The position numbers and the translations under genes are program-made. DNA of 64,000 nt, taken from Clostridium sp. CAG:914 (GTDB lineage Bacteria; Bacillota_I; Bacilli_A; RF39; UBA660). A model generated the notes under the pieces. That model worked only from the letters and a program-made list of their open reading frames with translations. It was not told where the DNA came from and did not search any database. Shown piece by piece: positions 19,237 to 27,937 of this stretch; within the stretch, counting starts at the first letter, position 1, and every line of letters starts with the position of its first letter. Location of the stretch: positions 9,495 to 73,494 of the forward strand of contig FR902155.1 of NCBI GenBank assembly GCA_000437895.1, given 5' to 3'.

Positions 19237-20218
19237 AATGTTTGTCCAAGACGAATTAGAAGAAGATAAAGTAGAAAATATTAGACCCGAAACATTAGAC
19301 GAATATATAGGACAAACAGAAGTAAAAGAAAATCTTCGAGTATTTATAAAGTCAGCACTAATAAGAGAAGAAAGCCTTGATCATGTCCTATTATATGGTC
19401 CACCAGGATTAGGTAAAACTACATTGGCCTATATAATAGCTAATGAATTGGGAACTAACATTAAAACTGCAAGTGGGCCATCACTTGAAAAAAGTGGAGA
19501 TTTAGCAGCCATATTATCTACTCTTGAACCTAATGATGTCTTATTCATAGACGAAATTCACAGAATGCCAAGATTTATTGAAGAAATATTATATCCTGCT
19601 ATGGAAGACAATTATATAGATATAGTGATTGGGGGTGACGGAGCTAGTAGAAGTATAAAAATAGATTTACCACCCTTTACATTAGTCGGAGCAACAACTA
19701 GAGTAGGGGACTTATCTAGTCCACTAAGAGACAGATTTGGCATAATATCTAAACTAAATTATTATACCGAAGAAGAATTATTTCAAATAATAAAAAGAAC
19801 GTCTAGAGTATTAAATATGGAAATATTGGATAATTCTGCTAAAGAACTTGCAAAAAGAAGTAGAGGAACTCCTAGAATTGCCAATAGATTATTCAAAAGA
19901 GTAAGAGATTTCGCACTAGTTGATGGAAAAAGTGTAATAGACAAAGAAGTATTAGATAAAGCACTAGATAGGCTAAAAGTAGATAAATTAGGGCTTGATG
20001 AAACAGACTATAATTTATTAATATCTATCATTGAAAAATTCAATGGTGGGCCAGTTGGAATAGATGCCTTAGCAGCATCAATCGGCGAAGAAGCAAACAC
20101 AATTGAAGATGTGTATGAACCATATTTATTACAAAATGGATATTTAAAAAGAACTTCTAGAGGAAGAATGGTAACAGATAAAACTTATAAATATTTAGGA
20201 TACGAAAAAGATAATTAA
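19229..20218 (+). CDS. ruvB: Holliday junction branch migration DNA helicase RuvB
   Basis: Walker [15 protein letters not shown], sensor motifs and a winged-helix C-terminus. The ATG at 19229 has a GGAGGA RBS (19218-19223). The ORF-track start at 19136 lies inside the upstream gene. Confidence 0.95.
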   Translation: MNKMFVQDELEEDKVENIRPETLDEYIGQTEVKENLRVFIKSALIREESLDHVLLYGPPGLGKTTLAYIIANELGTNIKTASGPSLEKSGDLAAILSTLEPNDVLFIDEIHRMPRFIEEILYPAMEDNYIDIVIGGDGASRSIKIDLPPFTLVGATTRVGDLSSPLRDRFGIISKLNYYTEEELFQIIKRTSRVLNMEILDNSAKELAKRSRGTPRIANRLFKRVRDFALVDGKSVIDKEVLDKALDRLKVDKLGLDETDYNLLISIIEKFNGGPVGIDALAASIGEEANTIEDVYEPYLLQNGYLKRTSRGRMVTDKTYKYLGYEKDN

Positions 20219-20223
20219 TAATC

Positions 20224-20255
20224 TAAGCAATCTACAATGAGATTGCTTATTTTTA
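20224..20255 (+). terminator. Intrinsic terminator after ruvB
   Basis: 10-bp stem TAAGCAATCT (20224-20233) / AGATTGCTTA (20240-20249), loop ACAATG, then TTTTT. Confidence 0.65.
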
Positions 20256-20281
20256 ATATATTTTATCATGTAAATAAATGC

Positions 20282-20310
20282 TTTACATTTCAGCATTAAA
20301 ATGATATAAT
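20282..20310 (+). promoter_or_regulatory. Sigma-A promoter for acyl-AMP ligase gene
   Basis: -35 TTTACA (20282-20287), 17-nt spacer, TGa-extended -10 TATAAT (20305-20310). AAGGAG RBS precedes the ATG at 20360. Confidence 0.6.
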
Positions 20311-20359
20311 AAGTGCAAATTTTCGGGATTACATTAATTTCGATTGAGTAAGGAGAAAA

Positions 20360-22216
20360 ATGAATAGATTAGAAAATATTGAAAAAATGAAAGAAATAAT
20401 AAAACGTATGAGTAAAGAGGAAAGTTTTTATTATATTAGAGACAATATACCAGAGTACACAATGTATGGTTATATGCTAGAATGCAATAAAAATAACATG
20501 TCAAGTAAAGCACTTAGATTTGGTAATAGAAGATTATCTTATCAAGAATTTGACGATGCTATAGGTAGATATGCCAAAGGTTTTTTGGCTATGGGTATTA
20601 CCAAGGGAAGTAGGGTAGCATTATTATTACCTAATTTACCTGAATCAACTATCATAATATATGCTTTAAATAAAATAGGTGCTATATCTGATAATATTGA
20701 TCCTACTAGTAAGCCCGATAGAATTAGACACTTTTTAGAAACAGAAGGTATTAATGCAATTGTATGCTTTGATGCAGTGTTTGAAAATACAATAAAACCT
20801 AATCTTAATTATATACGTGGAGAATTACATATTGATAAAATTTTAGTTCCTACGATAAAAGATTCTTTAGGGTTAGTTACTGGAGCATTATATAGTTTAA
20901 CAAATAAAGCAAACCAAATTGAAAAAGAATATTTAACAGAATCGGGTAAAATAGAACTCATAAGTATTAGAGATTTTTTGAGCAATTGTAGATACACATT
21001 AAGTTATACCACTCCATATATTAAAGGTGAAATAGCATCCATATGTCATTCATCAGGAACAACAGGTATTCCAAAAATAATACCATCCACAAATGAAAAT
21101 ATTAATTTTATAACTTTTCAACATCAATTATTAGATGATGATTTTAGTAATGTCAAAACTATGCTTCATTTTTTACCAGGATTTGCTAAATTTGGTTTTT
21201 CTGATGTCATGCATATGGGGCATTGTTTAGGCCTTGAATTAATAGAACAACCTATATTTACATTAGAATTGGCTATAAATATGATTCTTAAGTATAAGAT
21301 TAATGCAGTCTTTAGTTTGCCTGCGTTATGGGTAAAATTGGTTGAAGATACTAAGTATTCTAATATTGATTTATCTTTTCTATATGAAGCTGTTTATGGT
21401 GGTGGAGAATTAAGACCATCTATAGTTGCTAAAATTAATAAATTTTTTGTAACGCATGGGGCAAGATGCCTTTTAAGAGTCGGTTATGGTCTTAGTGAAT
21501 TAGATGGTACATGCATTTTAGAAGATCCATTTAGATCATCAAAAGGAAGCTGCGGAACGGATTTAATTGGTGGAATGGGGAAAATTATTAACCCAGAAAC
21601 AGGAAAAGAAGTACCAAATGGAGAACCTGGTGAATTATGGTTTACTAAAGGAAGTTTCCCAGTTACAGAATTTGATGGTAAAACAATACTAAAAACAGGA
21701 AAAATTGATGAAGAAACATATTTACGAACTGGTGACTATATGATTAAGAATAATGATGGGGAATATTTCTTTTATGGAAGAATGAGTAATGATATAAGTC
21801 GCTATGATGGTTATAAAGTAAAGCCAGCAGCCGTAGAACCAATTATTGCATCATCACCTTATGTTAAAGATGTTATGTTAACTGAATACCACGATAATGA
21901 TAGATATGGCGAAATGCCTCTTGCTTTTATTGTTTTAGAAGATAATATAGATGAATCATATGAAAAAATAATTGATGATATTATAAATAGAATTGTTAAT
22001 GCACCAAGAATATCATTCCGTGATATACCTGGCAAACTTAAACTTGTTGACTCCATTCCTATGACACCTGCGATGAAAAAAGACTATAGAAAAGCTAAAG
22101 AAATAGGAGTTACAGGTGAAGAAATAACTATATTGACTAAGGAAACTAATATGGGGCTTGAAGGATATGACATTATATACCCAGAAAAAGTAAAAATAAA
22201 AACTATAAAGAAATAA
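20360..22216 (+). CDS. Adenylate-forming enzyme (acyl-CoA synthetase / fatty-acyl-AMP ligase family), 618 aa
   Basis: AMP-binding core motifs SSGTTGIPK, GYGLSE, LRTGD...YGR and a C-terminal Lys (PAMKKDYRK). Confidence 0.8.
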   Translation: MNRLENIEKMKEIIKRMSKEESFYYIRDNIPEYTMYGYMLECNKNNMSSKALRFGNRRLSYQEFDDAIGRYAKGFLAMGITKGSRVALLLPNLPESTIIIYALNKIGAISDNIDPTSKPDRIRHFLETEGINAIVCFDAVFENTIKPNLNYIRGELHIDKILVPTIKDSLGLVTGALYSLTNKANQIEKEYLTESGKIELISIRDFLSNCRYTLSYTTPYIKGEIASICHSSGTTGIPKIIPSTNENINFITFQHQLLDDDFSNVKTMLHFLPGFAKFGFSDVMHMGHCLGLELIEQPIFTLELAINMILKYKINAVFSLPALWVKLVEDTKYSNIDLSFLYEAVYGGGELRPSIVAKINKFFVTHGARCLLRVGYGLSELDGTCILEDPFRSSKGSCGTDLIGGMGKIINPETGKEVPNGEPGELWFTKGSFPVTEFDGKTILKTGKIDEETYLRTGDYMIKNNDGEYFFYGRMSNDISRYDGYKVKPAAVEPIIASSPYVKDVMLTEYHDNDRYGEMPLAFIVLEDNIDESYEKIIDDIINRIVNAPRISFRDIPGKLKLVDSIPMTPAMKKDYRKAKEIGVTGEEITILTKETNMGLEGYDIIYPEKVKIKTIKK

Positions 22217-22235
22217 TCTACATTTGTAGTGTACA

Positions 22236-22306
22236 TAAGTATGTTTTATTATGTAAATAAATGCTTTGCATTTCAACATTAAAATGATATAATAAGTGCA
22301 AAATTG
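22236..22306 (+). repeat. Duplicated copy of the 20255-20325 promoter/leader segment
   Basis: About 62 of 68 nt identical to the sequence upstream of the full-length ligase gene, including the -35 (here TTTGCA) and the TGaTATAAT -10 (22288-22293). Confidence 0.7.
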
Positions 22307-22314
22307 AAAAAATC

Positions 22315-22545
22315 ATAAACAATAGTAAATTATCATTTCGCGATATTCCAAGAAAAATAAAAATTGTAAACGAAATACCTTTAACAAAAGCTTATAAAAA
22401 AGATTATATAACTGCTAAAAATAATGGGCTATCAGGCGATGAAATAACAATAATTACCAATGAAACTAATATCGGATTAGAAAGTTATAAAATAATTTAT
22501 CCAAATAACTTACAAAAAATAAAAAGAAATAGTTTACATTTGTAG
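22315..22545 (+). pseudogene. 3'-terminal remnant (last 77 codons) of a second, paralogous acyl-AMP ligase gene
   Basis: Open frame with no start codon, translating to ...SFRDIPRKIKIVNEIPLTKAYKKDY...IGLESYKIIYP..., homologous to the C-terminus of the 20360-22216 product (ISFRDIPGKLKLVDSIPMTPAMKKDY...MGLEGYDIIYP). It ends in the same 3'-flank motif ACATTTGTAG. Confidence 0.65.
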
Positions 22546-22584
22546 ACTATTTCTTTATTTTATGTTAGAATTATCATAGAGGTC

Positions 22585-24375
22585 GTGATATGTATGGGAT
22601 TTAATTTAGGAATGGCTTGCTCGGGATGTATATATATTGTTCTTGTTACAATGATGTATTTTAATAAAAAAAGAATAAGTACATATGAAAATAAGATATA
22701 TGGACATCTATTATTAGTATCTGTATTACAGATTATAATGGGATTGTTAGGATTTATTACTATATATTATTATCCAAATGCCTTATTAATCAAAAGAATA
22801 ATTAATGTTGCATATTTATTTAGTTTAATATGTTGGGCATTAATATTTACACTTTATGTTATATCTATTTCTTTTAATAATAAACAAAATAAAAAAATAG
22901 ATTTCATAATCTTTGCACTATTTTTAATTGTATTTTTAATTATATCAGCATTACCATTGGGTTATTATAATATAAATAATTTTGTTTATACAAGTGGTTC
23001 TGCTGTTAGCTTTACGTATTTTATGTCTTTTCTATGTATTCTTACAATAATTTTTTGTGTTATTAAAAACAGAAAGAATCTATTATCAAAGAAATATATA
23101 CCAGTAGCATCATTCTTTTTAATAGGAATTGTAGCTTTAATTTTTCAAATAAATAATCCTAAATTATTTTTAATTAGTCCTATGGAAATGATTGTAACAA
23201 TAATTATGTATTTTACAATAGAAAATCCCGATGTAAAAATGTTAACAGAAGTATATCGTGCTAAAGAAATAAGTGATAATGCCAACGAAGAAAAAACAAT
23301 GTTTTTATTTAATGTAACTAAAGAAATTAAAACTGTTACCAATAGTATTAATAGTCATACTGATACAATTCTTGAAGAAACTTCCAATAAAAATATAAAC
23401 GTTGCTGTTGTTAATGATAATGCCATGGAAATAAAAAGTGATATAGCTCAATTTAACACTATGACTAATGAGCTTTTAGATATATCAAGCATTGATGCAG
23501 CAAATATTAAAGTATATAATACTAAATATAATATTAAACTTATTTTAAAACAAATTATAACTACATATAAAGATAAATGTAATAACATTGAATTTAGATC
23601 AAATATAGCAAGTGATCTACCAGAATATATGTATGGAGATAGTATCAATCTTAAAAAAATATTAATTTCTCTTCTAGATAATGCTATAAAATATACAAAT
23701 AATGGATATGTAGAACTTAATGTTTCATGTGTTAAGAAACAAGATATATGTAGATTAATCATTTCAATAGAAGATTCAGGTATTGGAATAAAATCAGAAG
23801 AATTAGACAAAGTATTCAATAAAAATAAAGAAGGATTAAATAGAGATAATCTAAAAAATAACTTATATACAATAAAGAAAATATTAACAATTATGGGGGG
23901 TGCCATCATAACTAATAGTACATATGGTAAGGGTACAACAATGAAGGTTATTTTAGATCAAAAGATAGTTCCAGATGAATTTTCCCCTGAACTAAAATTA
24001 TATAACAATAAAAAGATATTACTTATTGATTCAAACGAAAACACATATAAAATATTCAAAAAAATATTGCATAGTGATAATATTAATATTGATTATGTTG
24101 GAGTAGGGAAGTTAGGACTTGATAAAATTAGAGAAAAAGAAAAATATGATTTAGTATTTATAGAAGATGATTTAAAACCAATAGATGGATATGAAATTAT
24201 TAAAAAGCTAAATAATATTAAAACATTTAATTCTCCAGTTGTATTATTAACCAAAGATAGCAATATTCAATATAGTGATGATTATAAAAAATATGGTTTC
24301 AAAAATTATTTATTGAAACCAATAAAGAAAAAAGACCTATTTGAAATAATAGATACACTAACAAGTGATAAATAA
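22585..24375 (+). CDS. Membrane pseudo-histidine kinase fused to pseudo-receiver domain (degenerate hybrid sensor)
   Basis: An N-terminal domain of about 200 aa with six or more TM helices. A HisKA-like region follows in which the phospho-His position reads TKEIKT (Lys replaces His). The HATPase_c N-box LLDNAIKYT and G-boxes IEDSGIGI/YGKGTT are retained. The C-terminal REC-like domain (LLKPI retained) has Glu at the phospho-Asp position (DLVFIEDDLKPIDG). Paralogous to 50814-52499. Confidence 0.6.
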   Translation: MICMGFNLGMACSGCIYIVLVTMMYFNKKRISTYENKIYGHLLLVSVLQIIMGLLGFITIYYYPNALLIKRIINVAYLFSLICWALIFTLYVISISFNNKQNKKIDFIIFALFLIVFLIISALPLGYYNINNFVYTSGSAVSFTYFMSFLCILTIIFCVIKNRKNLLSKKYIPVASFFLIGIVALIFQINNPKLFLISPMEMIVTIIMYFTIENPDVKMLTEVYRAKEISDNANEEKTMFLFNVTKEIKTVTNSINSHTDTILEETSNKNINVAVVNDNAMEIKSDIAQFNTMTNELLDISSIDAANIKVYNTKYNIKLILKQIITTYKDKCNNIEFRSNIASDLPEYMYGDSINLKKILISLLDNAIKYTNNGYVELNVSCVKKQDICRLIISIEDSGIGIKSEELDKVFNKNKEGLNRDNLKNNLYTIKKILTIMGGAIITNSTYGKGTTMKVILDQKIVPDEFSPELKLYNNKKILLIDSNENTYKIFKKILHSDNINIDYVGVGKLGLDKIREKEKYDLVFIEDDLKPIDGYEIIKKLNNIKTFNSPVVLLTKDSNIQYSDDYKKYGFKNYLLKPIKKKDLFEIIDTLTSDK

Positions 24376-24379
24376 AAAG

Positions 24380-24407
24380 AAATGGCTTAGTTATACCTAA
24401 GCCATTT
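24380..24407. terminator. Bidirectional hairpin terminator between convergent genes
   Basis: 11-bp stem AAATGGCTTAG (24380-24390) / CTAAGCCATTT (24397-24407), loop TTATAC. The minus-strand reading is followed by CTTTTTATTT. Confidence 0.55.
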
Positions 24408-24436
24408 AACGTTTAATTACCTAAAAGTAGGGGATA

Positions 24437-24613
24437 TTAACGATTGCAATTGCATTGATGAGGATGATTGTTGCAGCAATTATTTCCATTATTAAAAAAT
24501 AATATAAAGAATATTATCAAAACTATAATTATAATCCAAAGGCCACCACCTGAACCATAGCCATCATAACCACCGTAACCATATCCGTATCCATATCCAG
24601 GATATCCATACAT
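24437..24613 (-). CDS. YjcZ-like small Gly/Tyr-rich sporulation-associated membrane peptide (58 aa)
   Basis: MYGYPGYGYGYGYGGYDGYGSGGGLW, then a hydrophobic helix IIIIVLIIFFILFF, then a Cys-rich tail NCCNNHPHQCNCNR. AGGAG RBS 10 nt upstream of the ATG at 24613. The ORF-track start at 24652 lacks an RBS. Confidence 0.5.
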   Translation of the reverse strand: MYGYPGYGYGYGYGGYDGYGSGGGLWIIIIVLIIFFILFFNNGNNCCNNHPHQCNCNR

Positions 24614-24834
24614 AATATCAATACTCCTTTCTTTAATATTATATTGTAACATGATAAAAGTATATACTAAGTATACCTATTTAGTAAAAAATAGAACTTA
24701 ACATAATATACATTATAGGAAATAAGAATGTTTAAAAATAAAACAAAATATCATTATAATTATTAATATATATTATATTCGTTAAACTTCATAGAAATTT
24801 AATTTAATAATATTAATACAATTATCCATCTTTT

Positions 24835-24950
24835 AATACTTCGGCGCAAAATATCAGATGCAAAATATCATATGTATCAAATAATACAATTGATGCAATT
24901 TTTGGAATAATTAATACATTTATATTATTTAAAATACTTCGATGCAAATT
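24835..24950. repeat. Cluster of GATGCAAA(A/T)T-type motifs and a 17-nt direct repeat in an intergenic region
   Basis: Tandem GCAAAATATCA at 24846-24856 and 24860-24870 (14-nt period). GATGCAA at 24892-24898 and 24941-24947. AATACTTCG(G/A)(C/T)GCAAA at 24835-24851 and 24933-24949. Confidence 0.4.
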
Positions 24951-25015
24951 TAAAGATCTTTTTTTTGGAAAATCATATAATAAAGTATAACAATTATATG
25001 AATAGGGGGAATGCA

Positions 25016-25039
25016 ATAAAAAATAGGGGACACTCCCCT
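25016..25039 (-). terminator. Intrinsic terminator of the XRE regulator gene
   Basis: Minus strand: stem AGGGGA / TCCCCT (25025-25039) with loop GTG, followed by ATTTTTT. It lies 6 nt after the TAA at 25046-25048. Confidence 0.6.
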
Positions 25040-25045
25040 ACTTCA

Positions 25046-25825
25046 TTAATATATTCCCCTAGATTGTATTTCTGCAATTTTATCAAAAACTTCAGAAGCA
25101 TTTTGTTCAGTAATTTCCGTATATCCAAGTTCTTTAAGTGCTAACACCTTAGCAGTATTTAATTCTTGAGTTCTAGATAACTTTTCTTCATTTTTTCTTG
25201 ATAATTCATTTTCCCATTTTTTGTGTGATTCTGCTAATTTTGTCTTTGAAGCCCCACCATTAGAATACAATGTCATTGCAGAATACATAATACTTTCGAA
25301 AATAAATTGTTGTTCTTCTTCAAAAGAGTAAGTTGTAGGACTAGTAAAGCCAGAAGCCTTAGAAATATAAGCTAATATATATCTAGTTTCTTTAGTTTTA
25401 ACTGCTGATTGAATAAAATGATAAAAATAAGTAAGCATAGTTAAACTATTTTTGGTTTTATCTTCATTTAAAATTTCTTTCATTAAAAAGACAATATCTG
25501 CTATAACCTGTTGTTCCTCAGCTCTCAATCCCGTTAAAGAAATTACCTCATTTTTCTTTGGGTTCTCTTTTTTAGCATTAAAAATCTTACTCCCTACTCC
25601 TTGGATATATTCCTTTGTCAATTCAACATTTGCTAATTCTTCTTCGTTTTTAACATCTAAAAGAGAAAATAACATTTGACATTTATCATTAGAAATTTTA
25701 GACAAATCTTTACTATCTAAATAATTATATACCATTTGTCTTGAAACTCCTAAATATTTAGCTAAGTTAACTTTAGAAATATTAGCTTCCTTTAATATTA
25801 AATTAATTTTATCTACAGTATTCAT
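25046..25825 (-). CDS. XRE-family helix-turn-helix transcriptional regulator with C-terminal domain of unknown function
   Basis: HTH in LILKEANISKVNLAKYLGVSRQMVYNYL. The start at MNTVDK (25825) has a GGAG RBS, whereas the ORF-track start at 25855 has none. Confidence 0.6.
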   Translation of the reverse strand: MNTVDKINLILKEANISKVNLAKYLGVSRQMVYNYLDSKDLSKISNDKCQMLFSLLDVKNEEELANVELTKEYIQGVGSKIFNAKKENPKKNEVISLTGLRAEEQQVIADIVFLMKEILNEDKTKNSLTMLTYFYHFIQSAVKTKETRYILAYISKASGFTSPTTYSFEEEQQFIFESIMYSAMTLYSNGGASKTKLAESHKKWENELSRKNEEKLSRTQELNTAKVLALKELGYTEITEQNASEVFDKIAEIQSRGIY

Positions 25826-25884
25826 CTTCCCATCTCCATAATATAATTTTATCATTTTACACTTTTTGTGTCAAGCCTATCATT

Positions 25885-26964
25885 TTATTTATATACTTCT
25901 TTAATAATTCCCCCACCAATACATTGTTCACCATCATATAGTACACAAAATTGTCCTGGTGTAACAGCTTTAGCTTTATCGTAAATTACTTTTAATGTAT
26001 TGTCATCTATATATTCAACTTTACATTCAATATCTTTTTGTCTATATCTAAATTTACAACTACATTTGTTAGTTCTTTTATCAGTCAAAAAATTAAACTC
26101 TTCAATTATAGCTTCCGTAGAATATAAATATTTATTTTCATTACCTTTAGCAACATACAAAATATTATTTTCAATATCTTTTTTTACAACAAAAATTTTA
26201 TTATCTCCACCACCTAAGTTAAGACCTTTTCTTTGACCTATTGTATAGTACATAAGACCAATATGTTCACCTAAGATTTCATTAGTTTCAACATCAACAA
26301 TTTTCCCAGGAATATTTGGTAAATAATTCTTTAAAAAGTTAGTAAAATTTCTTTCTCCAATAAAACAAATCCCAGTAGAATCTTTCTTTTTAGCTGTTAT
26401 TAAATCATTTTCCAAAGCAATCTTTCTAACTTCTGGCTTTTCAATATCTTGCAAGGGAAATATTACATCTTTAAATATATCTTTATTAACATAAGCTAAG
26501 AAATAACTTTGATCTTTATTTTTATCACTAGCTTTATACAAGTTTCCATCAATTATTTTAGCATAGTGACCCGTAGCAATATAATCTGCTCCCAATTCTT
26601 TTGCCTTTTTATAGAACAAATCAAACTTTATATATTTATTACACATTACATCTGGATTAGGTGTTCTACCCTTTTTTAATTCATCTAAAAAATAAGTAAA
26701 TACATTATCCCAATATTCTTTTACATAATCAACTCTATAAAGTGGAATATTTAATTTATCACATATATTTTTAGCATCATTATAATCTCTCTCTTGAGGA
26801 CAAATATCATTATTCAAATCAGGATTTCCCAAAAAATCATTATTTATTGTGCTATCCCAATTTCTCATAAATAAACCTATAACATTATAACCTTTTTCTT
26901 TTAAAAGAAGAGCTGCCACTGAACTATCTACTCCCCCACTCATACCAATTACTACTGTTTTCAT
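25885..26964 (-). CDS. mnmA: tRNA-specific 2-thiouridylase MnmA
   Basis: PP-loop SGGVDSSV, conserved Cys residues, 359 aa, with matching N- and C-terminal architecture. Confidence 0.9.
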   Translation of the reverse strand: MKTVVIGMSGGVDSSVAALLLKEKGYNVIGLFMRNWDSTINNDFLGNPDLNNDICPQERDYNDAKNICDKLNIPLYRVDYVKEYWDNVFTYFLDELKKGRTPNPDVMCNKYIKFDLFYKKAKELGADYIATGHYAKIIDGNLYKASDKNKDQSYFLAYVNKDIFKDVIFPLQDIEKPEVRKIALENDLITAKKKDSTGICFIGERNFTNFLKNYLPNIPGKIVDVETNEILGEHIGLMYYTIGQRKGLNLGGGDNKIFVVKKDIENNILYVAKGNENKYLYSTEAIIEEFNFLTDKRTNKCSCKFRYRQKDIECKVEYIDDNTLKVIYDKAKAVTPGQFCVLYDGEQCIGGGIIKEVYK

Positions 26965-27017
26965 ATTAGTTACTCCTTTTCAAATATATCTGTTAAAATT
27001 ATATCATATTTAAAAGT

Positions 27018-27043
27018 AAAAAAAAACAACTTCAAAAGAAGTT
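27018..27043 (-). terminator. Intrinsic terminator after spoIIM-like gene
   Basis: Minus strand: AACTTC-TTTT-GAAGTT hairpin (27028-27043) followed by T9 (27018-27026). Confidence 0.55.
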
Positions 27044-27048
27044 ATGCC

Positions 27049-27678
27049 CTAAATAAAAATTTTAACAACAAGTTTTAATAATGATGGAAAAACAAATGTT
27101 TCCAATATTGATGATATCAAAGACATAACTGAAGCTATTAATAATACAAAAGAATATTTCTTAATAAAATTAGATAATGTATTAGTTTTATCTTTAAATA
27201 TTTGTTTTAACAATTTTGTACTAAAAAGAATAGAATAAATCATAAGAAGTAATACTGCAAAAATATTTAACAATTGACCAAATATTAAATATAAAAAAGA
27301 TAATATAACACCCTTAGTTTTGTACATTACTATAAAAGAAGTAAGAGAGAATCCCACAACAAAGCCTTTTATATAAGTCATAAATATATTAAAAATAACC
27401 CCTATAATAGTCATACCTAAAATCCAAATAATTATTACATAAGTAAAATTAGTAATAATACTATTTTTAAAAGAAACAGTATTATCTAAATTATAGTTAT
27501 TTATATTTTGAATAAAAACACTAATTTTATTTATTATTACTTGTTTATCATTATTATTTATAATAGTCATAAATATACTACCAGTTATTACTCCTAAAAT
27601 AAGAATACTAATTACAAAGATATTAATTTTTTTATTTGGTACTATTAATCTACTTACATTACTAATTTTTTTTCTCAT
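27049..27678 (-). CDS. spoIIM: Stage II sporulation protein M-like membrane protein (SpoIIM/DUF95)
   Basis: 209 aa with five TM helices. Segment-by-segment similarity to B. subtilis SpoIIM (MRKKISNVSRLI; WILGMTIIGVIFNIFMTYIKGFVVGF). Confidence 0.65.
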   Translation of the reverse strand: MRKKISNVSRLIVPNKKINIFVISILILGVITGSIFMTIINNNDKQVIINKISVFIQNINNYNLDNTVSFKNSIITNFTYVIIIWILGMTIIGVIFNIFMTYIKGFVVGFSLTSFIVMYKTKGVILSFLYLIFGQLLNIFAVLLLMIYSILFSTKLLKQIFKDKTNTLSNFIKKYSFVLLIASVMSLISSILETFVFPSLLKLVVKIFI

Positions 27679-27711
27679 TTGTATTCACCCAATAAATTAT
27701 ATTCTTTATAG

Positions 27712-27740
27712 TTGTAAATATTCACTTTTTCTTGTATAAT
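27712..27740 (+). promoter_or_regulatory. Sigma-A promoter for small ORF
   Basis: -35 TTGTAA (27712-27717), 17-nt spacer, -10 TATAAT (27735-27740). Confidence 0.5.
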
Positions 27741-27759
27741 TAAATAGAGGTGTAGAAAA

Positions 27760-27885
27760 ATGAGTACAAAAAAGAAAAAAAAGAAATCTAACGTTAATAC
27801 CTTTAATAGAATAATGGGTATATTTATGTTAGCTCTAATGGTAGGATCAAGTCTAATTGGTATTATTGCTTATTTTTTAAATTAA
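27760..27885 (+). CDS. Small lysine-rich single-TM peptide (41 aa); not in the >=60-aa ORF track
   Basis: GAGGTG RBS, then ATG at 27760. Product MSTKKKKKKSNVNTFNRIMGIFMLALMVGSSLIGIIAYFLN. A promoter lies upstream and a hairpin terminator region downstream. Confidence 0.45.
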   Translation: MSTKKKKKKSNVNTFNRIMGIFMLALMVGSSLIGIIAYFLN

Positions 27886-27908
27886 TTATTATCAAGAAAT
27901 TGATAATT

Positions 27909-27937
27909 TTTTTTATTAAAAAAAGCCTTTAAAAGGC
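27909..27937 (-). terminator. Intrinsic terminator overlapping stop of 27929-28636 gene (also hairpin on + strand)
   Basis: Minus strand: GCCTTTTAAAGGC with the stop codon in the loop, followed by TTTTTTTAATAAAAAAAA. Confidence 0.5.

Noticed and set aside
22220-22235. CTACATTTGTAG after the ligase gene as an intrinsic terminator
   Set aside because: Only a 4-5 bp stem with a 2-nt loop and no U-tract. It is more likely a conserved 3'-flank sequence shared with the paralog remnant.
22013-22279. 88-aa minus-strand ORF spanning the end of the ligase gene and the duplicated promoter copy
   Set aside because: Overlaps the coding 3' end and a promoter duplicate. The Phe/Tyr-rich translation looks like an antisense artefact.
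24822-25016. 64-aa minus-strand ORF in the repeat-containing intergenic region
   Set aside because: No SD. It overlaps the GATGCAAA repeat cluster and the terminator of the XRE gene, so it is more plausibly regulatory DNA.
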